Below, piece after piece: positions 28,444 through 37,354 of a stretch of DNA of 64,000 bases (position 1 is the stretch's first letter; each line of letters opens with the position of its first letter). The stretch is from Candidatus Ozemobacteraceae bacterium (GTDB lineage Bacteria > Muiribacteriota > Ozemobacteria > Ozemobacterales > Ozemobacteraceae). Where the stretch lies: the NCBI GenBank assembly GCA_965140445.1, contig OZ223236.1, positions 512,001-576,000 of the forward strand. The letters run 5' to 3'. Under the pieces are notes generated by a model. That model was not told the origin of the DNA. It did no database searches and saw only the letters and a list, made by a program, of their open reading frames with translations. The position numbers and the translations under genes are program-made.

Positions 28444-30063
28444 ATGAATAGAAATTCGTTGTTTTTTCTTTTATGCTTATTAGCCTTTAGCAGTTCCGTT
28501 TTTGGGCAATACGTTTTGACCGTTGATGACTGGCAGAAAAAAATTGATGAATTAGAAGTTAGAAAAAGCGAATTAATAAATAGTAAAGATTATAGTAACT
28601 ATCTAAATCTTAAGTTTGAAATTGAATGTGAAAAAAAGAAAATTGAAAAAGAGAATGAAACTATTAAAGAAATAGATGGCGAAATTAGTGGGTATTTAAG
28701 CGCTATAGATTATTTTCTTAAATATGTAACCAACCCAGGGACTCACGCTCCTGAAGATCAAATAGCCCGTTGGAAAATTGAGAAGGAAACATATGATGCT
28801 AATGTCGCTTTAATGGCAGCGGCTGAAGCTAAAAAAGACTTGCCTCTCGCAGCAATTGCAGCCAGTGAAGCACAAATTGAGTCTCTGACAAGCGCACAAA
28901 AAGTATATGAAGCTGGTTACTTAGGGGCTAAAATTGGAATTGAAGAATTACAGAGTACTATTGGAGCATACGAAAAAGCTATTGACGATTTGAATGGCCT
29001 GGTGGTTGTGGATATACCAAATACTTTGGAAACTTATCAAAATGACCCTGTTGCTACTTCAGATCTTTATGACCCATCTGCTCAGTATAGAAATAGGAAC
29101 AATGATAGCCCAGAGGTAGATGTGCCTGTTGCTGACGAAAACGAGGCCCCATTTGAGGTTATAAATGGAGACGATCCTGCAACTACTCCAGCTCCTGCAA
29201 CTACTCCAGCTCCTTCGACTACTCCAGCTCCTTCGACTACCCCAGCTCCTTCGACTACCCCAGCTCCTTCGACTACTCCAGCTCCTGCAACTACTCCAGC
29301 TCCTGCTGCTGGAGAAAGCTATACTGTTGTATCAGGAGACAGTCTCTCTAAGATTGCAAGAAAACTTCTTGGTGATGGATCAAGGTGGCCAGAGCTGGTT
29401 GAGTTAAACAAAGATAAATATCCTTCTATAGAAAAAAACCCAAATCTAATTTATGCCGGATGGGATCTAACTGTGCCTGGTGACACCAATGGAAGTGCTT
29501 CCAATAGCGGAAGTTCAACCCCATCCGCAACGACAGAATTAACTCCACAAGAAAAAGCTGACAAAGCTTTTAAAACTTATGAAAATAAGTATCAACTTTA
29601 CGCACATATAAGTGGGGTGTCTGATGAAATTAGATCGAATATAAAACAAGAAATGATTGCTGCAGAACAAGCTTACAAGGACGCTTGCAGCGCTGCAGGA
29701 ATTACTCCCAAGCTTTTTACAATTTCTGGCACTGTTACTATTTCTACCCAATCTTCAACCTCAACAGATACTCCACAAAGCAATGTAGATGCGGCTCTTG
29801 AGAGCTATAAAAGTAAATATAATAGTTACAAGAATGTTGGCGGAATTAGTGATTCAGATAGGGAAAACCTCAGACTTGAAATGATAGCAGCAGAGATTGC
29901 ATATCAAAGAGCTTGTGATGCCGCGGGATTAACTCCAAGTCTGCTTACTACCGCTTCAGAAAGATTGGTAACACCTCCGACAACAACCACTCCAACTGCC
30001 CCTCCAGATGAATTCTATGAAAATGTGCCTTCAACTGCAGGGGATGATTACAATAATATGTAA
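28444..30063 (+). CDS. Secreted coiled-coil / Pro-Thr linker / LysM protein with two C-terminal helical repeats
   Basis: GGAGG RBS, signal peptide, YTVVSGDSLSKIA...NPNLIYAGWDLTVP. Confidence 0.8.
   Translation: MNRNSLFFLLCLLAFSSSVFGQYVLTVDDWQKKIDELEVRKSELINSKDYSNYLNLKFEIECEKKKIEKENETIKEIDGEISGYLSAIDYFLKYVTNPGTHAPEDQIARWKIEKETYDANVALMAAAEAKKDLPLAAIAASEAQIESLTSAQKVYEAGYLGAKIGIEELQSTIGAYEKAIDDLNGLVVVDIPNTLETYQNDPVATSDLYDPSAQYRNRNNDSPEVDVPVADENEAPFEVINGDDPATTPAPATTPAPSTTPAPSTTPAPSTTPAPSTTPAPATTPAPAAGESYTVVSGDSLSKIARKLLGDGSRWPELVELNKDKYPSIEKNPNLIYAGWDLTVPGDTNGSASNSGSSTPSATTELTPQEKADKAFKTYENKYQLYAHISGVSDEIRSNIKQEMIAAEQAYKDACSAAGITPKLFTISGTVTISTQSSTSTDTPQSNVDAALESYKSKYNSYKNVGGISDSDRENLRLEMIAAEIAYQRACDAAGLTPSLLTTASERLVTPPTTTTPTAPPDEFYENVPSTAGDDYNNM
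29176..29301 (+). repeat. Seven tandem 18-bp units encoding P(A/S)TTPA
   Basis: cctgcaactactccagct / ccttcgactacyccagct x7. Confidence 0.95.
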
Positions 30064-30151
30064 GGCCTTTAATAAAATTGATTCTTATACTAAATTGTTA
30101 CAAAGTGATTATCAAAATCAAATATTTCAGAGTTTTGCAGGAGCATTATAA

Positions 30152-30988
30152 ATGAATCGATTAAAAGTGTTTGCCGGGATTTTATTGCTAGCAGCCGTAT
30201 TTAACTCCAATTTGTTAGCAGGATTAGAACTCCCCTCTGGAAAAATCTTATTTGTTGTAACTGAAAAAGCGGGTGTGACCTATCTGGCTGCTTCTGACCC
30301 TTTTGGCAAAGAAATAGTTCCGATTTCACCTAAATACAATAATATAATGTATCCAAGGGTTTGCCATGCTACCGCAATGATCGGTTTTACCAACAAAAAA
30401 AAGAACATGAATTCAGAAGTTTATCTTATAGATCTTAAGGCTAAAAAAGCTTTTAAGATTCTTGATGGTGCAGCTTTTGAAGGTTTTTCCCCAAATGGAA
30501 AATTCATTCTTTATACAAGCTGTACTTCTGAAGCTGGACTTTATTTGTATAACATCGAAACAAAGAGTTCTAAACTTGTATCCAAGGCTGATATTATCAG
30601 CGCCAGTTGGTCTAAAGACAATAAGTGGATTGCTGCATCTGTTTTGACTAAGAGTGGAAAAACTGACCTTATTAAAATTTCCCTGGCAAATTTTAAAACT
30701 GAAAAGATAACTAATACAGCTACCATTAACGAATCATTTCCAGTGTTTACAGCCGATGGAAGATACATGGCTTTTTGCATAGGTCGCGATAGAAATAATA
30801 GAGTGGCATTTTTTGATATAGAAAAAAAATCTATTTATGAAACTCCTATGGCCGGCAGGAATCCCTCCGCCTCACCAGATAACAAATGGGTTGTTTTTGA
30901 AAATAACAATAGCATTTGCATTGGTGATAAAGATGGAAAGCGTGTTCACAAAGTAGCAGCAGGGAAAACACCAATTTGGTTTAACTAA
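30152..30988 (+). CDS. TolB-like PD40 beta-propeller exported protein
   Basis: FSPNGK, WSKDNKW, FTADGRY, PSASPDNKW repeats. Confidence 0.8.
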   Translation: MNRLKVFAGILLLAAVFNSNLLAGLELPSGKILFVVTEKAGVTYLAASDPFGKEIVPISPKYNNIMYPRVCHATAMIGFTNKKKNMNSEVYLIDLKAKKAFKILDGAAFEGFSPNGKFILYTSCTSEAGLYLYNIETKSSKLVSKADIISASWSKDNKWIAASVLTKSGKTDLIKISLANFKTEKITNTATINESFPVFTADGRYMAFCIGRDRNNRVAFFDIEKKSIYETPMAGRNPSASPDNKWVVFENNNSICIGDKDGKRVHKVAAGKTPIWFN

Positions 30989-31040
30989 CTTTTAAATCTC
31001 CCAAATGACTCCGTGACTGAGTTTAAATAAGTCACAAACT

Positions 31041-31081
31041 GCCTTTTCAAAGTTTCAGACAAATTTTGAAAAGGCCTTTTT
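31041..31081. terminator. Terminator hairpin between convergent genes
   Basis: GCCTTTTCAAAGTTT...AAATTTTGAAAAGGC. Confidence 0.6.
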
Positions 31082-31106
31082 AATTTAGATGGTTTAGAGG
31101 GGTGTG

Positions 31107-31460
31107 TTAGTTGTTTCTTAAAAAATCGAGAGCTTCTTCTAGACTTGCTGCTGATTGGGCAATAGGAAAAACTCCAGTAAGTTTGAAAAGTCTTTGTTGA
31201 AGAGCATTAATTCCGGTTACTACTGCGCTTCCATCGTAGTCCTGTACAATCATCAGGATGACATCAAGAAGTTCTCCCAAGCCAAGACTATTAATCAATT
31301 CACACTTTGAAAGATCAAAAACAATCTTATTTTTATCCTGGTCACAGAGATTACAAATTTCGTCGCCCATGCCTTCAAGAGTTTCATCATTGCAATAATG
31401 CTGAAGATAAACAACTGGGAATTCCTGATCCATTGAAACCTGAAATGCAACTTTACTCAT
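31107..31460 (-). CDS. STAS-domain anti-sigma factor antagonist
   Basis: IVFDLSKCELINSLGLGELL, LFKLTG, SLEEAL. Confidence 0.85.
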   Translation of the reverse strand: MSKVAFQVSMDQEFPVVYLQHYCNDETLEGMGDEICNLCDQDKNKIVFDLSKCELINSLGLGELLDVILMIVQDYDGSAVVTGINALQQRLFKLTGVFPIAQSAASLEEALDFLRNN

Positions 31461-31611
31461 CTTTTGCTCCAAATTTTCTCACTAAAATAATTCTACTTTT
31501 GGGTAAAAGGCCGACTACGATCTTAAGCATACTTTATTTCATCGAAAGTCGACAACTATAAAAGTGAAAAAAAGAGCACGAAGTCAAATATTGGTTATTA
31601 CCGAATAGAAG

Positions 31612-32439
31612 TTATCTTTTTTCCAGATTTCTAAAGGAGTCTTCAGCTTCCCCAATTTTAGATAATTCTGCTTCTGGAGCATCTTGATCAGTTTTGCCTG
31701 GACTAGACACTATTGCCCCTTTGCTGTTTAAAGCATATTCAGGGTATTTCTTTAAGATCGTCTCAAAAGCTTCTACTGCTTTTTCTCTTTCTAATTTGAG
31801 CGCTTCAATTTTTGCTGGTGGAGTTTGTGAGTTTAAAAGTGCGGAAAAATAAGCATTGTCAGCCGCGAAAGCTTTTTTAGCTAGTGACAAAACTTTTGTG
31901 GCAATGCTGTTTAAATTCATGTTTTCTTCAGAATTCGTTTTTTGCATGGCCAGATGTTTTTCATTGGCAATTTTTTTAACATGCTTCATTTGGGCAATTG
32001 TTACTTTGGGTTTATAGACTAAATTGCTATTCTGCGTCATTTTTTGAGTTTGAGAGCTTTCTGGCGGCTTCATTCCGTTATTTTGAGTTTTACCAGAAGG
32101 TTGGCTGATATTAAAAGAAAAATGATTAAGCCCAAAGAAACCAATTGTGACTGTTGAAACAAGAATAATAATTCCAATTTTTGTTGTTGTGAATGTAGTT
32201 TTTAAGGTTTTTCCGGCAGCCGTTGAAGCTGTAGCAGTTGAAGAGGCCGCAGCAACAATTGAACCTATTTCAGAAAGCTCTGTAGCTGTAAGAGGCTTAA
32301 GATGGGATCTAAGGTTCTGGATAGATTTCAGGTTTTTTTGACATTCTTCACAGGTTAGAATGTGCTTTGCAAATTCTGGCGTAAAGTTGCCAGGATTAGT
32401 GCTTGGTTCTTCAAAGAATCTTACACAGTTGTTACTCAT
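31612..32439 (-). CDS. Putative zinc-finger membrane anti-sigma factor
   Basis: HILTCEEC (HxxxCxxC), single TM, directly downstream of ECF sigma. Confidence 0.7.
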   Translation of the reverse strand: MSNNCVRFFEEPSTNPGNFTPEFAKHILTCEECQKNLKSIQNLRSHLKPLTATELSEIGSIVAAASSTATASTAAGKTLKTTFTTTKIGIIILVSTVTIGFFGLNHFSFNISQPSGKTQNNGMKPPESSQTQKMTQNSNLVYKPKVTIAQMKHVKKIANEKHLAMQKTNSEENMNLNSIATKVLSLAKKAFAADNAYFSALLNSQTPPAKIEALKLEREKAVEAFETILKKYPEYALNSKGAIVSSPGKTDQDAPEAELSKIGEAEDSFRNLEKR

Positions 32440-32445
32440 TACTGG

Positions 32446-32928
32446 TTACTCCAACTTTTCTCTGAGTTTTTGTAAAACTCTGCCGGTTCTCATTTTTACT
32501 GCACCTTCGGATAACTCCATTAACTCCGCTACTTCTTTGAAGGGCAAATCCTGAAAAAATCTTAACTCGACGAGTAATTGCTCTTCAGAGCTTAAAGAAC
32601 TCAAAGTTTGTTTTATCTCCAATTGAGATTGAATTTCATTGTCAAAGCTGTTTACGAAAGTAGAAGAAACCTCTATGGTCATAGTGTTTTTCTTTGTTTC
32701 ACGGTTTCTCTTCGTATCAATAAGGGTGTTTTTGGCAATTGCAAAGAGCCACGTCTTGAATGGCTTTGAACTGTCATAAGAGCTTTCAAAAGCTTTCTGT
32801 GCCTTAATATATACTTCATGAGCCATGTCCGGCACTTCAACCCTGGAAACTCCAAGATATTGCAAAAACAACTTTAAAGATCTATAAGTTTCTTTGACCT
32901 GATCTTCGAATTCTTTAGCGTTTTCCAC
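32446..32928 (-). CDS. ECF RNA polymerase sigma factor
   Basis: FKTWLFAIAKNTLID (region 2), LPFKEVAELMELSEGAVKMR (region 4). Confidence 0.9.
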   Translation of the reverse strand: MENAKEFEDQVKETYRSLKLFLQYLGVSRVEVPDMAHEVYIKAQKAFESSYDSSKPFKTWLFAIAKNTLIDTKRNRETKKNTMTIEVSSTFVNSFDNEIQSQLEIKQTLSSLSSEEQLLVELRFFQDLPFKEVAELMELSEGAVKMRTGRVLQKLREKLE

Positions 32929-32956
32929 TATTACAACGTCCTGATTTATGGTTACT

Positions 32957-32983
32957 TACGAGAAAAAAAATACTTAAGTCACA
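32957..32983 (-). promoter_or_regulatory. Putative ECF autoregulatory promoter, copy 3
   Basis: Minus strand TGTGACTT-N14-TCGTA(AGTAA) 28 nt upstream of the sigma start. Confidence 0.72.
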
Positions 32984-33080
32984 ACAATAAAAAAATGTTT
33001 CTGTTCGTGAAAATTATCTCATGGAATACATAAAAATTCCCATAATAAATTTTCAACTAATGTTACAAAAACTCAATAAT

Positions 33081-33107
33081 TGTTACTTACAAATTTTAAA
33101 TATCGTA
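33081..33107 (+). promoter_or_regulatory. Putative ECF sigma promoter, copy 4
   Basis: TGTTACTT-N14-TCGTA. Confidence 0.72.
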
Positions 33108-33158
33108 TGGAGTTTTATACAAGCGCTCTGATTAAACTATCTGTAAAGGAAGCTGATA

Positions 33159-34043
33159 ATGCTTATTAATAAAAATCGATTGCCAATAGGTTTTTTGTTG
33201 GCTTTTGTTATTTTGGTATCTCTATTGAATTGTTCGTCAGGAATGGCTTTTGATCAACCCAACGTAGAACTTTCATCAGCTGATGAATCAGAAGAAAGTT
33301 TCGTAACAATTAATTCATCTGTTAACAAAAGCTCAGAGTCATCTTTAGATAACAATGGAGTTAAGGCTGCTCAAACTTATATAGTTCAATCTGGAGATAG
33401 TCTTTGGAAAATTGCCAGAAACATTCTCGGAAGTGGTTCCAGATGGGGAGAGCTTGTTGAGGCTAATAAGGATAAATTTCCATCACTAGAGAAAAATCCA
33501 AACCTTATCTATCCAGGGTGGGAGCTCGATATTCCTGGAATAAATATCGGTGAAGATTCTGCTTCAAAGCAAGAACCAGTGGTTGCTGATTCTAGTGAAA
33601 AAAAAGGTTCTACTGGGCAGACAAGCCAAATTTCCAGTTCTATTGGAGCTGCAGTTTCAGCAGAAGCAAAGAAACTTGTTTCAAAGTATCCTGGCTATCA
33701 ATCTTTTCCGTATGATCCATTGACAGATGGCGGAAATTTAGGTTGCGCTCAAGTTGTTACTACTGCTCTAAAAGCAGCTGGGGTTTTGAGTAAAATTCAA
33801 CTTAATTGTGATAATACAGTGGCAGATTTGAAAGCTGCAGGTTGGCAGAAAGTAAATGTTCCACCTTATGCAGATGGAGATGTGCTTACCTGGACAACCA
33901 GTCGTGGTCCAGGTAGACATATTGGCATAATTGTAAAAAATGGGAACAGCTTTCAAGCAATGTCAAATAGCTCTAGCAGAAGATGTCCCCGTTTTCACGA
34001 TATAAACTATATGCCGATTACTCAGGTTCTACGTAAGATTTAG
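33159..34043 (+). CDS. Secreted LysM protein with NlpC/P60-CHAP-like cysteine amidase domain
   Basis: LysM YIVQSGDSLWKIA; GCAQVVTTALKAAG...GDV...HIGI..MSNS (Cys-His). Confidence 0.75.
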   Translation: MLINKNRLPIGFLLAFVILVSLLNCSSGMAFDQPNVELSSADESEESFVTINSSVNKSSESSLDNNGVKAAQTYIVQSGDSLWKIARNILGSGSRWGELVEANKDKFPSLEKNPNLIYPGWELDIPGINIGEDSASKQEPVVADSSEKKGSTGQTSQISSSIGAAVSAEAKKLVSKYPGYQSFPYDPLTDGGNLGCAQVVTTALKAAGVLSKIQLNCDNTVADLKAAGWQKVNVPPYADGDVLTWTTSRGPGRHIGIIVKNGNSFQAMSNSSSRRCPRFHDINYMPITQVLRKI

Positions 34044-34070
34044 GACTTGGGCAAAATTGATCTCTAAAAA

Positions 34071-34100
34071 ATAAAAGCGACCTTAAAAAGGTCGCTTTAT
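34071..34100. terminator. Bidirectional terminator
   Basis: AAAGCGACCT-taaaa-AGGTCGCTTT between convergent genes. Confidence 0.75.
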
Positions 34101-34111
34101 GCTTAAACAGA

Positions 34112-35053
34112 TTAATTAAGTTTTTTTACAAAAGACGCAATTCCATCAACTAACTCTTTGGCAACTGGTAACTCTGGATTGCTGTAAGAATCCATTTGCT
34201 TTTGCCTATTGAGAGGAACAATTTTCAAAACATGGTTCATTTCGTCGATCGTCAGCAATTCTGTATTTTTACCAGCTGCAACCAGTTTATCCGCCTCTTC
34301 AATATCTACCTGAGTGTCAGTTGTTCCATGAACGATCAGCACCGGGCATTTCACTGTGTTTATAACCAACTTGGGATCATATCTGAACCATGAAACAAGA
34401 TAGTTTTGAGTTGGTTTACTAAAGATTGTGCTCAAAGATTCTGAAATCGTTGCAACAGTTTTGCCGATTTTTAGTTTCTCAATAATTTCTTCAGCTTCTT
34501 TCATATCAGTATCTTTAAGCTTTGATTGGAGCTGACGGGCAAAGTTAGCATATACAGGCTGACTGGTTCCTTCCATGGAAATGAACCCCGAAGCTTTCTG
34601 CCTGGCGGCTGTTAACATTCCAATTAGCGACCCCTCACCGTGTCCAGCTATTACGATGTTTTTAAACTTATTAAAATCTTTTAATGAGATAAACCATGCA
34701 CAGGCATCTTCTACGTAATAATCGAATGTGAAATCATCGGAAGTCGGCAGCGCCTTAACGCTGGCTTTTACTCCGCGCTTGTCATAGCGAAGGCTGGCGA
34801 TTCCCTTTTCTGCGAGAGCTTCTGCCAGAAGTTTTATGCTGTTGTTGTTTCCTGTAAAAAGACTGTTGTTGCCATCTCTGTCTGTTGGTCCTGAGCCTGG
34901 GATGAAAAGAATTATTGTTGTTGCGGAACTGTTTTCTGGTTCTAAAAGCGTTCCATAAAGGTTGCCTGTAGGAGTGCGAAGTTTGAGCTCTTCAGCGAAA
35001 ACCCCGGACGCACTTAGAATAATGACCAGAGCCAGAAAAACAAATTTTTTCAT
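34112..35053 (-). CDS. Exported alpha/beta hydrolase (nucleophile Ser replaced by Gly)
   Basis: GSGPTDRDGN, RYDKRG, AGHGEG, HGTTDTQV, MNHVLK. Confidence 0.8.
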   Translation of the reverse strand: MKKFVFLALVIILSASGVFAEELKLRTPTGNLYGTLLEPENSSATTIILFIPGSGPTDRDGNNSLFTGNNNSIKLLAEALAEKGIASLRYDKRGVKASVKALPTSDDFTFDYYVEDACAWFISLKDFNKFKNIVIAGHGEGSLIGMLTAARQKASGFISMEGTSQPVYANFARQLQSKLKDTDMKEAEEIIEKLKIGKTVATISESLSTIFSKPTQNYLVSWFRYDPKLVINTVKCPVLIVHGTTDTQVDIEEADKLVAAGKNTELLTIDEMNHVLKIVPLNRQKQMDSYSNPELPVAKELVDGIASFVKKLN

Positions 35054-35208
35054 AATATTCTCACTTCAAAATTTATATGCTCAGCTTAAAGCTTACTGAA
35101 TAGGAAATCAATAAAGGTTTTTGGATGCAAACACTATGATAAAAACTTCTTACATTTTCTAACTAAATGCCTTTCGAGATTAGCTTATGTGAGTAAATTT
35201 ACAGAGTT

Positions 35209-35727
35209 CTACATTTTTTCAATCCCATTTTTTGCGACACAATTTATGGTCATGATAAAAGTGATCCAGCCTACCATAAAGTAGATAAATGGCCACAGCC
35301 AAAGTATACTGAAGGATTTTATTTCTGCTTCTTCCGGGGTATTTTTTAAGTAAACAACTTTAACTTTGTCACCTTTTTCAGGTTCTTTTGAGAAAATAAA
35401 TCTACCGCTATAGCTGTCATGGGATTTGAAACGATGTTTTTTCCCATTTACATCTTCAAAGTCTACCCAGGGAGTTTTTGAGGTTATTTCGTTTCTACCA
35501 GATCCAGAAGTACTGGACGTAATAAAAGCAATTCTTCCATTAGTATTTGTCCCAAAAATTAGGAATTTAATGGATCTGGATAGTTGGTATGCACCAAGAA
35601 AAATAAACCCAAATTCCAATAAAATACCAAATATAAGCACGACAATTAGAAAGTTAAAGCGAGGATCTTTGTTTTTGTAAGAAGTTTTAATACTTTCAAA
35701 GAATTCTTCAAATATTTGCATATTCAA
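35209..35727 (-). CDS. DUF3592-like membrane protein
   Basis: TM-beta-TM layout, GDKVKVVY..PEEA. Confidence 0.6.
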   Translation of the reverse strand: MNMQIFEEFFESIKTSYKNKDPRFNFLIVVLIFGILLEFGFIFLGAYQLSRSIKFLIFGTNTNGRIAFITSSTSGSGRNEITSKTPWVDFEDVNGKKHRFKSHDSYSGRFIFSKEPEKGDKVKVVYLKNTPEEAEIKSFSILWLWPFIYFMVGWITFIMTINCVAKNGIEKM

Positions 35728-35731
35728 ATTC

Positions 35732-37147
35732 TTATTCTCCTGTGAAAAATCCGTATTTAAACGGTTTGACCGCTAGATTGTTCTGACTAGCAAAACCCTG
35801 AAAACGATCAGAGTTTATCCACATGTAGTATTCGTGATTTGGCTTAAGCTTAACGGGTACAGTCAAAATTTTGCCTGTTGAGTCGTAAGAAAGTTTGCCG
35901 GAAATTTCAGGAAATGGTTCCCCTCCTCCAACCAGAGACCATGAGTTTTTCATTGGTTCACTGAACTCAATTATAATTTTATTGATTGAGGGAGAAACAT
36001 TAAGCGAATTATTTTCAGGAAAAATTTTAACAACTTTTGGTCTTTTTGCATCTAGAGATGCCTTTTTTGAATTGATTTCAGCAACAAGTTTTTCAGAATT
36101 TTGTGCCCAGTTTTCAATTACTTTGGCTATTTTTTTTATTCCGTTTTTTATGGATTCATTTTCTTTTCTGAGCGTTAAAATTTCTTCTGATACGTCTTTT
36201 ATCCAAAAGAAGCTTCGTTTTTCCTGCTCTTTTATGTAGTCATCATAAATTTTTTGGGGATAAGTTTCTTTTAAGAAAGCCCCCGTACATGCTCTAACCA
36301 TAGTCTCAAATGCTACAGATTCAGGAGTTGAATAGCCTTGTTTTGCAAACCTGTCTTTAGCTATTTCGGATAATTTTGTAATTGGTTTTTCAAAAAGAGA
36401 AAAGTGTTGCTCAACAATTGGATTTGTATGCGAGTGACAGAACTCATGAAAAATTGTTTCAATATATGAATCGTCAAATTTGGGTTCTTCTTTTTCATTC
36501 ACTATCCCAACGCCAAGAATGCAGAATGATATATTTTTTCCGCCAATGGAAATTCCAGGTCCATAGCATGAAGGGCCATTTATGAAAGCTGGAATCAGAA
36601 CGAATGAAGAATTTTCTCCCGGAAATGATTTATTAAACCAGCTCTGGAAATTTGTTTTTGTTAGTAGCGCTGTTATAGCTTTTTCAGCTTCTGTGTATAA
36701 TCCCATATTTTCAGTGTAAAATTGTTTAAAATCACTTTTTGCCGAAAAGTCTGCAAGCAATTCGTAAAATTTTAGAAGGCTTTCTTTGGTCCATCTTTTA
36801 TCAACTTGTGAAAATTCAGTATCAAGATTTAAAACGGGCTCTATTTTATCAATTGATTGAATGCAAATAGCGGCATCCATTACCGCATCGAATGAAATTC
36901 CCTGTTTTTTTCTTAAATCCCAGATGAAGGGAATGATTGGGTGCTGCTTATATGGAGCAAATTTATAATTTACTTTTTGAATATAAGACGGAATTCTACA
37001 GGATGAGTATTCTTTTGCCCCAGCAAGGTAAAATACAAGGCTGGTAAGTTCAATTCTTGGATCTGCCTTTATTGTTAATGCCGTTCCTGGCAAAGAATAA
37101 AAGAAAATAAAAAGCAGGCTAAGCCAATACAATTTTGTTTGTTTCAA
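35732..37147 (-). CDS. DUF4932-like exported protein with Ig-like (Big_5) C-terminus
   Basis: DPRIEL, HEFCH zincin-like motif, P.N...V......I.FSEPM...LKPNHEY. Confidence 0.65.
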   Translation of the reverse strand: MKQTKLYWLSLLFIFFYSLPGTALTIKADPRIELTSLVFYLAGAKEYSSCRIPSYIQKVNYKFAPYKQHPIIPFIWDLRKKQGISFDAVMDAAICIQSIDKIEPVLNLDTEFSQVDKRWTKESLLKFYELLADFSAKSDFKQFYTENMGLYTEAEKAITALLTKTNFQSWFNKSFPGENSSFVLIPAFINGPSCYGPGISIGGKNISFCILGVGIVNEKEEPKFDDSYIETIFHEFCHSHTNPIVEQHFSLFEKPITKLSEIAKDRFAKQGYSTPESVAFETMVRACTGAFLKETYPQKIYDDYIKEQEKRSFFWIKDVSEEILTLRKENESIKNGIKKIAKVIENWAQNSEKLVAEINSKKASLDAKRPKVVKIFPENNSLNVSPSINKIIIEFSEPMKNSWSLVGGGEPFPEISGKLSYDSTGKILTVPVKLKPNHEYYMWINSDRFQGFASQNNLAVKPFKYGFFTGE

Positions 37148-37354
37148 CTTTTGGTTGTCCTTTAAAATTGAGATTTAATATAGTTTGAATCATCTTTAAA
37201 AATATTTTAAAGCCATTAATCAATTTTTTCACTATTGAGGCTAATTAAAAAAATTAAACTCCATTAAGTTTGTTCAGATTGAAAACCACTGTTATAATTT
37301 GAATATAGAAAAAATTACCTGTTCGCCAAAATTGTTGGATGGGGACAAATATTT

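Noticed and set aside
29176..29301. 18-bp tandem repeat as CRISPR, or the alternative-frame Leu/Gln ORF 29165-29407
   Set aside because: No spacers; it is an in-frame Pro/Thr linker of the LysM protein.
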